NCBI RefSeq assembly: GCF_030144855.1
Contig: NC_082721.1
Location: 43,710,001 to 43,774,000, forward strand
Reading direction: 5' to 3'
Source: Hypanus sabinus
Taxonomy: Eukaryota
Length of the DNA stretch: 64,000 nucleotides
A model generated the notes under the pieces. The model ran no database searches and was not told where the DNA came from. It was given only the letters and a program-made list of their open reading frames with translations. Positions 52,938 to 63,902 of this stretch are shown here, piece by piece; position 1 is the first letter of the stretch, and each line of letters starts with the position of its first letter. The position numbers and the translations under genes were made by a program.

Positions 52938-52943
52938 TTTATT
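52938..52943 (-). terminator. Probable polyadenylation signal of the cluster 2 light-chain transcript
   Basis: AATAAA on the minus strand about 350 nt after the C stop codon; ATTAAA at 53014-53019 is an alternative. Confidence 0.55.
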
Positions 52944-53293
52944 AGCAGTTTCTGGGCGTTACCACATGTCAGTCTGATATTGATGAGAAATCATCAGCAC
53001 ATTCATTAACAATTTTAATTGGATTCATCCCGAGTAACAGAAATCAATCCAGTGGCTGATATTTCTAATGATGACAAGTAACAGGACACTTTTACCCCAC
53101 ATAGTGTCTCGGAGGGTGAAACAGAACAAAATCAGCTTCGGGTGCAAATATTATAACAACACAATGGAAACCACAGAGAGCCGATCAGAAATTTGGATTA
53201 GAGTGAAACAACTGGTAGGGTGGGTGAAAATGACAAAAAAAAAAAGATATTTCCTGTTTTTCTGAGCAAACAAGTCCGAAGTCCCGCTCTGCT

Positions 53294-53616
53294 TTAACAA
53301 CTGGATTGTGTGACAGTTGCGGATGTTGTCGAAGCCGCTCCGAGATTAACCACACAGGAGTATACCTTGCCACTACTCCAGTCTGTGCCAGGCACCGTCA
53401 GGTAGCTGCTGAGATTGAAAGTTCTGTCCGTGTTCCCCCTCACTGCACTGGTTTGCACCTCACGGCTGGTCGGACTCCCGTCCACTGTCCAGCTGACAAC
53501 AGGGAAGCCCACCGACAGCTTACTGACCAGGCATGCTAAGGTGCCGGTTCCTGTAGCGGAGATCTCCTCGGCTGACGGCCCAAGCAGTTTCATTGAAGGG
53601 TCGGGGAGCTGCTGAT
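53294..53616 (-). CDS. Ig light-chain constant exon (sigma-type), intact
   Basis: Pyrimidine-rich acceptor ...CACATCCAG, phase 1. Reads (D)QQLPDPSMKLLGPSAEEISATGTGTLACLVSKLSVGFPVVSWTVDG...FNLSSYLTVPGTDWSSGKVYSCVV...TQSSC*. Both domain Cys, the Trp and the terminal interchain Cys are present. Confidence 0.95.
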
Positions 53617-53759
53617 CTGGATGTGGAACAGGAGGAGAACTTGCTTTAGGTCACTGATCATTGCACGACATTTCACAGTGAATGGAAGCGCTAATTAAAT
53701 GTTCCAGCTTACAAGAATGAGGCACACGTTTACTGCAGGGAACAACCAGTGCTAAAATA

Positions 53760-54590
53760 AACATAGAATCATAAAAAAACCCACAGCTGTGTCGAACATA
53801 TCCTTAATCTTAGAAAGTCCATAGGGTTACCCATAGCCCTCTAATTTTCTAAGCTCCAGTACCTATCCACCTCCACCACTGGCGCCGGTAGCCCATTCAA
53901 CCCACTCACCACTCTCTGCGTAAAACCCTTACCCTGATCTCTCCTCTGTATCTACTTCCAAGCACCTTAAAACTGTGCCTTCTCATCGTAGCCATTTCAA
54001 CGCTGGGTAGAAGGCTCTGCCTATACACACAATCAATGGCTCTCATCACTTGTACACTTCTATAAGGACACCTCTCATCCTCCGTGGTTCCAAGGCAAAA
54101 AGCCGAGTTCACTCAACCTATTCTCATAAGGCATGCACCCCAATCCAGGTACCAACGATGTAAATCTCCTCTGCACCATTCCCATGGTGTCCACATCCTT
54201 CCTGTAGTGAGCTGACCAGAACTGAGCACAGTACTCCAAGTGGGGTCTAACCAGGGTCTTATATAGCTGCAACATTACCTCTCGGCTCCTAAAGTCAATC
54301 AGACGATTGATGAAGGCCAATGCACCGCATGCCTTCTTAACCACAGAGTCAACCAGAGCAGCATCTTTGAGTGTCCTATGGACTCGGACCACAAGATCCC
54401 ACTGATCCTCCACATTGTCAAGAGTCTCATCGTTACTACTATATTCTGCCATCATATTTGAACTACCAAAATGAACCGCCCCATACTTTTCAGGGTTGAA
54501 CTCCATCTGGCACTTCTCAGCCCAGTTTTTCATCCTAACATTGTCCCTCTGACAACCCTCCACTGTATCCACAACACCCGCGATTTTTGT
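53760..54590 (-). mobile_element. CR1-like 3' fragment inside the J-C intron of cluster 2
   Basis: ORF 54075-54572 contains EVMLQLYKTLVRPHLEYCAQFWS; tail ends near ACATAGAATCATA at 53761. Confidence 0.88.
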
Positions 54591-55641
54591 GTCATTTTGG
54601 TCAACACTGAAGGACGAGACATTTGCGGTCTCGTTTGAGGATTTTCCTAGCGAGTCGCTGTATTACAGCATCACTAGCTCGACGATTTCACCTCTAGGTC
54701 TAGGGATCGACCCTGTCTTGTGCCACCGGTGAGACGTACCAATCCTTTTGCCCATCCACTCATCAGTAATGCTCCACCCCCTTCCCCGCATTCTGTGCCA
54801 TACAGAGCTGTAGCGAGAGTACACCTATTTAATACTCTGCTTACCCAGTGTGCAGGACAACACGTGTGCGGTCCTGAGTTTCACAGAGCTCATTTAGGGA
54901 ACTCAAGCTGTGATCATGCTGAAGCAATTACTGTGTGCGAAGGAAAGTGGGATTCACCCCAGACCCGCAGCTTTGCCCTACGTCCGTGCAGCGACCGCAA
55001 TCACTAAGCGGCCGTACCTCAAAAGGTCAGCACAGATGGAAAAGGTGGCAGGAGAGAGGAGGTAAAGACAAAGCAATTGGATGCGCGTCTGCGGGAGTAT
55101 TCCACCAGGACCGGGAGGACTGGAAGTTCGTTGACACTACGGGGATGTTTCACTGGAGCAGCCTAATACAATAATTTGAAAATTGTCGTTCTGTTGTCTT
55201 ATCAACAGTGGGCTTACTTCAGTCGGCTAAACCATGACCCCAGTGATACCTTGGGTCGCATTTTGGGAATATGGAATTTCTCACGCTGGCTTCCATCAAG
55301 CCAATGCAAAAGCGGCCAGACTAATAGGACTGAAACCGCTCAAACACAGAGAGGGACGGTCAGTGTCGATATTAAAGTACAGATGCTGGTTAACAACACA
55401 AACCAGAAAATAAAACACATCTGAAAAGAGAAATGTTTCATTAAAAGACGGCAATAATTCACAAGACAACTCTATATTCACTGAACACAAATTCGTAGAA
55501 ACTCGATACGAAGCAAGACAGGATCGTAAACTTGTCTTTTCATTGCAAAATTCGCCTATAAATAATAATATATAAATTATTAATTGCCAGGTGACCATGT
55601 TCATGCAGCTAGTCACTACAGGAGGGATTCCCGTCACTTAC

Positions 55642-56142
55642 CTGTAACAAAGAGCTTGATCCCTGGGCAGAATAAGATATAATTGGCCGATGAATCCCAC
55701 TTTGCGCAGTAATAGACGGCAGCGTCATCCAGCTCCATGTTGTTAATGCTTAACTGGTAAACGGTGCCGGCGCTGTTGGCTGACGACTTGAAACGCTCGC
55801 TGCTAAACCAAGGCCCATAGGTCGGAGCGCTGTGTGTGTAGTAATACCGAAGAACCCATTGTGGGGCTCTTCCCGGTGTCTGCTTGTACCAATTCACGTA
55901 TCGGCTGTCCTTCGTTCCGATGTTCCAGCGCGGCCGTGGCACCTGGACTCACCGACACGGTCGGAGGCTGAGTCACAGTCTGGCATTCTCCAGCTGTGAA
56001 AAAAAGGAATTTAATATTATCCATTTACTCTTTAATGTGACCCCAAATGCCCACATCAAGAACTGCTGGCGGTGCAGACATGCGGCCCATACTTACAGCC
56101 CGGCCACATGGCCAGTACCCAGAAAAAGCACAGCGTCCGCAT
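55642..56142 (-). pseudogene. Ig light chain (sigma-type) leader plus germline-joined VJ, cluster 2, frameshifted
   Basis: Leader 56142-56097 (MRTLCFFWVLAMWPG, 46 nt), 103-nt intron, VJ exon 55993-55642 (352 nt = 357-5). Reads GECQTVTQPPTVSVSPGATAAL, a 5-nt deletion that removes the Cys codon, then NIGTKDSRYVNWYKQTPGRAPQWVL...AVYYCAKWDSSANYILFCPGIKLFVT and a G/GTAAGT donor. J motif FGxG is FCPG. Confidence 0.93.
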
Positions 56143-56224
56143 CGTTGCTGCCCGTCAGTTTACTGTCTCCCTTCAGCCTCTGGATCTATGACAGAATGTG
56201 GCCACCGTTGCCGGGGGTACCTAG

Positions 56225-56276
56225 TTATAGAGCTATTCGTACCAAGGAGGAAAGCCATGCAAATCAGGGTGACTCA
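56225..56276 (-). promoter_or_regulatory. Ig light-chain promoter of cluster 2
   Basis: TATAA at 56229-56225; perfect decamer/octamer TGATTTGCAT at 56266-56257 in light-chain orientation; TGAGTCA (AP-1-like) at 56276-56270. Confidence 0.88.
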
Positions 56277-56957
56277 CACTGACAAATCAGAGCAAGGATT
56301 TGAAACACTTCCATTCGCCGTCACACGCCATCGGAATAAGGCGGCATCGCTGTGGTCAAAATGCAGATCTGTTCATAAAAAAGTGAACAAGCAAGTCGTT
56401 CCTTTTCTGATATTTCCCACCTTTGCATTGAAGGGGACAGATACAAAGGTCCGTGCCCTCGTTCGTCTCCAGCAGATGTTTTACAGACAACCCTTTGATC
56501 TACAGGCTCTGATCCGCTGATCCTCTGAAGGACCGCTCCATATGCTGGGAAGTCTCCTGACCAAATAAAGGGGAGTTAACACAGGGAGCCACATGAGTAG
56601 CTATAGTGCCATATTTCCGTGTGTTTTAAAGTTTACCTCACTGACTATCGCAACCATAATTGTCAATGTTTCACACTGTTTCTTCCTTTGTACATTTTAA
56701 AATTTATAAATAAGTATTCCCCCATATTTCCCTGATTTATTTCTTGTTCCTTTCCATCCCTCATCCAATGATGCCCTTCACACATCCAGGTACAAAGGAG
56801 CAGAAATAACATACTTCCTGTTTCCACACAATCTATTCAGATGTTGAGTTCAAAACCACCCTGACTGTTAGAGGGATCGAATGCAGTCCAAATGTCAGTA
56901 TGTGACCTGAAACACAAGAAGACTTATTAGTCCTTGGAGAGGGAGTTACCCATCTTA

Positions 56958-57215
56958 GTCGCCATGGTGGTGCAGTGGCTAGCGCAAGACAATTCGAGCT
57001 CGGGTCTATCGGAAGCAAGAAATTTAATTCTGGCACCGTCTGTAAGGAGTCTGAACATTCTGCTAACGAATGTGTACATTTCGTTTGGGTGCTCCGATTT
57101 CCACTCACATCCCAAGGACACATAGTTTAGTAGGTTAATTAGTGTCTGTAAATTGTCCTGTTAAATAGGTTGGTTGCTGGCCGGCAGGTGATCCTCTGTA
57201 TCTCTAAATAAATAA
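56958..57215 (+). mobile_element. tRNA-derived HE1-like SINE
   Basis: A-box-like TGGTGCAGTGG, GGGTGCTCCGATTTCC..CACATCCCAAGGAC core, CTGTAAATTGTCC and a TAAATAAATAAA tail. Confidence 0.75.
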
Positions 57216-58019
57216 ATCTTTACTCGTCTGTGTTGGTCTCCAATCCTACATCATACACTCGGGAGGCTGGTTCCACTGAGTTTCCATATGCACTCGTATT
57301 CAAAAAATATCCAGGGGAATCAACTACTTTTTGGGTGGATGAGAGCAGCTGGGAGGGGCGAGATTCAGGCAACAATCCCTTGAATGGTAGTTCTGTTTTG
57401 AGTGTAATCTTTACTTGTTCTTTGAGAAACTCTGATTAAAAATAACAGACGGTGTTGCCAGCTGGAGGAGTTTGGTCTCTGGTGTTTGGAGTTCAATCAA
57501 CAATGGTCCTTGCCCAGGGTTGAATGTTTCACATACAACAGTTATGTGGAGGTGCTCATCCTGCAGCTAAAGTGAATGAAGACACTGGGGACTGGGACAA
57601 TGCCATACGCCAGAAGAGCAGGCAGAGGGGCCAGTAGTCCACAGAGGACAAGCTGCTCCAGCACTGTATGATATTGAGATTACTGACTGGGGAGAATCTT
57701 CCCCTAGGCTGGAAACATGGTCATATAAGTGGGTTCATTGTACAGGGAGAGAGTAGAATGGTCTACAGATAAATAAGAGAAGGACTCCTAAAGTTAGGAG
57801 GCAGTAAAGTTTTCTGTGATTCAGGGCAGGTATATTCTCTCTGTGGACTCTCATTTACTGAACATTATTCAGTGATGGCATTAAACAGTAATGTCACTGA
57901 ACACTTGCAGAAAGTTCTGGAAGGGGAGAATGAAGAGGTACCAATTTCCTCCCACATTTCAATGATCTGTTGCTTCATGGTATAATTGGCCAGTGGAAAT
58001 TTCCCTAAGCTCGAAGGTG

Positions 58020-61000
58020 AGTGTTAGGATCTGAAGGCAATTTGAGAATGGAAAGGGATTAGTCTAAATAGGTGTTTGATTGCTAGCACAAACACTGTGC
58101 ACTGAAGAGACACTTTCCATGCTTCATGACTGCGCAGTCAGAGTAGACGTCAGGGATCAGGAACCGGAGTGCCAGAACAGTTGATAGAGAGGTCGTGGAT
58201 ATTGTTAACACCTCCGACAAAGTTAGGAACCAAACTGTTGAGCATGGTGCAACTAGAGTCCCGATCTGCACATATTTCAATGCAAGTGTTACCATAGGAA
58301 AGGTGGATAGTAGTTCTGAAGATGAGATGGCTGGTCTAAAAACAGAGGCTGTTGATGGGGTAAAATTGTAGTCAAGACAATGGGTTGCAAAATATAAAAG
58401 CAGAAAAAAATCAAAAAGCACATATATGAGGGGTGATTGATAAGTTAGTGGCCTATGGTAGAAGGGGTCAAATTTAGGAAACCTGGCACATTTATTTTTT
58501 CAGCATAGTCCCCTCCTACATGTACACACTTAGTACAGTGGTCATGGAGCATGCAGATCCCTTCTTCGTAGAAGTGGTCCACAGCAGAGGTGATTGATAA
58601 GTTTGTGGCCTAAGGTAGAAGGAGATGAGCTATTAACTTCAAACTTTCTGCATTATCACTCAAAGAGTTGAACTGCACTTGCAAGTAAGCAGAGCATCTT
58701 GGAACTCCAGGTGGTACACAGTAGGTGTGATCAATAAGTTCGTGGCCTAAAGAAGAAGGGGATGATTTATACAGCCCTCGTTACATACATGTGAAGTTCA
58801 GCGCCTTCAGTGATTATGCAGAAAGTTTGAAGTTAATTACTCATCTCTCTCTATCTTAGGCCACGAACTTATCAAACACCCCTGCTGTGGACCAGTTCTG
58901 GAGGTCCAAGACACCGACCTCTACCAAAAAAGGAGTCGTATGCTCCACAACCACTGGACTAAGTGTGTAAATGTAGGAAAAATGAATGTGCTAGGTTTTC
59001 TAAAATTGACTTCTTCTACCTCAGGCCACAAACTTATCAATCACCCCTGTACAGGACTGAAGGTTGTATCTGAATGCAGAATAAGGTAGACGAATTTACA
59101 ACACAGTTGAAGATTTGTACGTATGATGTTGCTGGCATCACTGAATTATAGCTGAAAGAAGATTACAGCTGGGAGCTTAATGTCCAAGGATACACATTGC
59201 ATCAAAAGGATGGGTGGGAAGGCAGAGAGCACAGTGTTACACTATAGGTAAATAAATAAATTAAATCAATCAAAAGAGATGTGATAGGGTCAGAAGGTAT
59301 TGAATCGTTGTGGATAGAACTAAGGAACTGCAAGGTTAAAAATACAAAACCTCAAACAGTATTAAGGATATGGCCTACAAATTACAATGGAAGATAGAAA
59401 ATGCATATACGAAAATGGCAATGTTGCAAAAGTCATGGAGAACTTCAGTATGCAGATATATAGGGAAAACCAGGTTGGTGCTGGACTCTAGGAGGGGGAA
59501 TTCACAGAGTGATAACTACAAGATGGTTTTTTTGAAGAGCTCATGGTTGAGCCCACTGGAGGATCGGCTATTCTTGATTAGGTGTTGTGCAATGAGCCAA
59601 AATTTATTGGAGAGCTTAAGGTAAAAGAACCCTTGGGGTTGATCATAATATGATTGAATTCACCCAGAAATAGGAGGAGAAGCTAAAGTAAGACATATCA
59701 GTATAACAGTGGAATAAAGAGGAGTCAGCAAAAATTGATTGGGAAAGATCACTGGCAGCGATGATGGTAGAGCAGCAATGGCTGGAATTTCTGGAAGCAA
59801 TTTGGAAGGCACATGATATATACATCCCAGAGAGGAGATGTATTCTAAAGGAATGATTAAACAACGTGATTAACAACAAAAGTTAAATGCAAAAGAGAGT
59901 GCATATAATGGAGCAAAAGTTAGTGGGAAATTAGAGGATTGGGAAGCTTTTAAAAAGAAGCAGAAGGCAACTTGCATAACAAGCTTTGAGGCCAGTGGAT
60001 TACAGGAAAGATTCTAGCATGGATAAAGCAGTGGCTGATTGACAGGAGGCAAAAAATGAGATTAAAGGGAGTCTTTCCTGGCTAAATGCTGGTGACTAGT
60101 GTTGCTCCACAGGGGTCTGTGTCTGGATGATTTCTCCTTAAGTTATATGGCTTTGTTGTAAAGTTTGCACATGATATAGAGACAGGTGGAGGGGCAGGTA
60201 GTTTTGAAGAAGTAGAGAGGCTACAGAAATACTTGACAGATGAGAAGAATGGGCAAAGAAACGACAGGTGAAATACAGTATCAAGAAATGTATGGACATG
60301 CACTTCGGTGGAAGTAATGAAGAGGTTGACTATTTTCTAAATGCAGAGAAAATACAAATAAAACTGAAGTCCAAAGAGACTTGAGAATCCTTTTGCAGGA
60401 TTCCTGAAAGGTAAGTTTGCAAGCTGAATCATTGGTGAGGAAGGAATGCAATTTTAGCATTAATTTCAAAAGGACTAGAATATAAAAGCAACCATGTAAT
60501 ATTGAGTCTTTATAAAGCACTGGTGTGGCCTCATTTGGAGTATTGTGAGTAGTTATGGGCTCCGTATCTTGGAAAGGATGTGCTGAAACTGGACAGGGTT
60601 CAAAGAGCTTCACAAAAATGATTCCAGTGCTGAATGTCTTGTCATGGGAAGAACATTTGCTGGTTCTGTGCCTGTATTCACTGGAATTCAGGACAATGAG
60701 GGATGACCTCATTGAAACCTATTGAATGATGTAAAGCCTTGATAGAGTGGATGGGAGAGTCTAAGACTAAAGGACACAGCCTCAGAGTCGAGGAGAGTCC
60801 TATTAGGATAGAGATGAGGAGGAATTTCTTTAGCTAAAGGGTTGTGAATCTGTGGAATTCTTTGCTCAAGGCAGCTGTGGAGGCCAAGTATTTAGGTATA
60901 TTTAAGGCAAAGATTGCTAGAGTCTGGATTGGTCAGGGCATGAAGGGACACAGGAGAAGTAGGAGACTGGTTCTTAGAGGAGAATTAGGTCTGCCATGAT

Positions 61001-61065
61001 GAAATATTGGAGTTGAGTCAATGAGCCAAATATTCTCCTCCTATATCTTATGGTCTTATTATTTT
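58020..61065 (+). mobile_element. Decayed CR1-like LINE with internal deletions
   Basis: ORF1 tail, endonuclease remnants (GATGTTGCTGGCATCACTGAA), RT C-terminus (GCCTCATTTGGAGTATTG) and CTTATGGTCTTAT tail. Confidence 0.75.
58427..59049. mobile_element. Mariner-type MITE, 623 bp, flanked by TA
   Basis: TIRs TGAGGGGTGATTGATAAGTTAGTGGCCT and AGGCCACAAACTTATCAATCACCCCTG; TA at 58425-58426 and 59050-59051; splits the CR1 just before its endonuclease. Confidence 0.82.
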
Positions 61066-61569
61066 ATGGAATTGAACTGAAGATGTTAGGAAGGATGAAT
61101 TGAATGGTGGCAATCCCTGGATTCCTTCCTCTGCATTACTCCATGTGCTTTGAAAAAGCAGGGTAGTGTTTCTAAATACTTCTCTGAAGAAACAGTGTAA
61201 GAAAGATTTTTGGATCAAGTAGATGTATGGGTGCAGATGGTGATTGGGTTCAGATCACAGGGAGGTGGAGTCAGCCCAGGCCAGGGAGAGGACCCAGAGT
61301 TGATGCAAGTGTCCTCATGAAAAGTTTCATGAAGAAGGATGGAAAGAGAATACAGGGGGAAAAAAACACAGTATAAGGGGTATAAAAGTTGCAAAAAAAA
61401 TGAATCAGCAGATCTTAATTGTTCCAGAGCAGAAACAACATTTTTCACTAAAGACAGAATTATGGGAAAATACAAGAAGTTCCACAATACATGAATGGTG
61501 TACCTAAAATTTAGAGAATTATTAAACAATGTTGTTGAGCTATATGTGTTTATGAGGTTTCAAAGACTT

Positions 61570-63900
61570 CCACTCAACTTTTGAGTGTCTGAGGTGAGAA
61601 AAGTGTTTTGAAAGGACCAAAACTTTGTTTGAGCAACACACACAAAATGCAGGAAGAATATGGCAGTTTGTAGAGTTTGGAGGCTTGTGTGCCTCAATGA
61701 CCTGGAGATGCATGCTGGTTGGAGTCTGGGCCTTCTGTTTCGTCTCTTGGTCGGGCACCCATGCCAAATAGGCCAAACACAAGAGGCTAGACTAAGAGTG
61801 GTCCACCTGTCCTCCAATTGCAGGCATTGAGATCAGGGCCTACAGTCCACGTTGGTGGAAACTAATGCAACAGAAACTGCAATGAGGAATCCTTTTATAT
61901 CTATGCAGTATTCCTGAACCTCCAGCTGGGACTTGCATGTCTGACAGTATGTGAAAACTGAGAGGAAGACACTGGCATGATGAAGGAATCCCTGAACATC
62001 ACCATGACCAAGACCAACATTGTATTTTAGAATGTGCAATACTGGCAAGCTAGCACAAACAACTGCAGAAATGATCATTACAATCTGTATATACTGGGCA
62101 TCTGAAAGAAGATTGACGGTGTCTGGCAGACTAAAGACAACAAATTGGTGAAACACTTTCATCCTCAGGAAAGGATGATGGTCAGCATCATGTTGGTGCA
62201 GCTGCCATTTTGAATAAAGGCATTGAGAAGTGCTTGCTGAAGTGGAAAGCAATCAACAGTAGTCTGCTGGCAATTGGACTGAAAGGGAAGCAAGTGAAAG
62301 TGTCTGTGATCCAGAGCTATGCTCCAACTAACAATAATGACATTGAATAAAAGGATGTCTTCTACAAACAGCTGTAATTAGATGTAGAGTTAACAACATG
62401 CCATGGGCATAATCATCATAGCAAATCTTCTTCAGGGTGGAAAATAATAACTTACACTTCATACAGATCATGGGCAACCATGGATGGCGAATGAGGAATA
62501 TCGATTATGAAACACTGCTGGAAATCTGTACCATCAATAATTTGACCTTCTTTCCTCACTGTGAAATCCACAAAATTGATATGGTGCACACCCATATCAG
62601 ATTGAACATTTGATGATTAATGGTACATGGAAACGATCACTTCAGGATGTAAAGCTGAAGAGAGGAGCAGGTACATGAAGAGATCGCCACCTTGCTGCAG
62701 CAGTGATGAAAGTCATATTGTGAAGCACTGGGACAAGCACACATGTGCTAAGATGTTTTGATCACAAGTGTGAGATGTGCCTTCACCATTCAGCTAAAGA
62801 ACAGATTCCAGGATTTGCAAGCCCTTAAAGAGAATGTTGTCAGTGGACAGGATACACACAATGTGGAAATGGATTGCTTCTGTCTTCAAGAGGCTCTGCG
62901 AGTCTTTTCTAGGATACAGAACTGAAAGAAAAACAAAGAATGAATACAACAATAAACATATACAACCTTAGAAGAAAGATGGAAAATTAAGTGCTAGATT
63001 GAATGTCAGCACTGATTAAGGTAAAACTTCAATTGGATTTCATGGACACTAATAATAAAGTGAAGGGAATTACAAAGATAAGAGACTCTATATTGAAGAC
63101 CTTGCAGAGAAGGGCGAAGCAGCAGCCATTCAAGGTGAATAGGGAAATATATACAATATCCCAAAAAAATGGTATGCAGAAGTCTCTGGTCCAGATCCAG
63201 TGGTCTCATGAGAGATATGAACTGTTTGCTTTTAACAACTGTGAAATAGCATGAAACATGATGAGCAGCGTGTTTCAATGAATTACTGTATAGATCACCA
63301 CCAGATGCAGAATCTGACATAAAAGAGGCAGCAGAAGACCACATCAGATCTACCAAAGAAAGAAGAGATTGTGGCTGAAAGTAAATCATTAAGGAATAGC
63401 AAAGCTCCAGGATATGACTATTTGAATGGAGAACTGTTAAAATCTGAACCAAAAGTTGCAGCAGCCATCTTGCAAGCATTACGTACCATAATCTGGGAAT
63501 GGGGGAAAGTACTCAAGAAATGGACAAAAAGAGTCAATGCTAGGATTCCCAAAACAGAAGTGCTAAGTGATTGCAACAACCGGAATGTCATCACGTTTGT
63601 CAGTGGCCAGCAAGATGCTCACCAAAATCATTGTCCAATGGATTACAGATGATATTGATGTGTACTTGAAGTAGGAGCAAGCTGGCTAAAGTAAGATGGA
63701 GGCTGTGAATAGTGGCAGAGACAACTTTAGGTGAATTTTGTAGCCTCTGAAAAGGCTTTTGATAGCATCTGTGGGGGAGATTTGGGCAAATTCGCAGATC
63801 ATACTGGACCCCTTTTAAAATTGTCCACCTGATCCAGGGTTTGTATGCTAATTTCACCCACATAGTTTGGGACTACAGTTTGAGCTTTTAATGAAAGACA
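61570..63900 (+). mobile_element. RTE-clade LINE, 5' UTR plus endonuclease and start of RT, decayed
   Basis: IQSYAPT, DV..KRGA and KSLRNSKAPGYDYLNGELLK...IWE motifs in broken frames. Confidence 0.78.
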
Positions 63901-63902
63901 GG

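Noticed and set aside
53674-53680. CACAGTG heptamer in the J-C intron (others at about 2319, 6494, 10312, 17295)
   Set aside because: None has an ACAAAAACC-like nonamer at a 12- or 23-nt spacing or an adjacent V or J segment.
55625-55634. kappa-B-like GGGATTCCCG next to the J donor, and GGGATTCACC near 54950
   Set aside because: Each has a mismatch to the consensus, and the first is not conserved in cluster 1.
55642-56142. Processed-pseudogene (retrocopy) origin of the joined VJ
   Set aside because: Leader intron, J-C intron, promoter and homologous flanks are all retained.
58071-58106. CACTGTG-CACTGAA resembling a RAG signal joint, with GGTGTTTGA 13 nt upstream
   Set aside because: The second heptamer matches only 4/7, has no nonamer at 12 or 23 nt, and the site lies inside a CR1 remnant; chance is likely.
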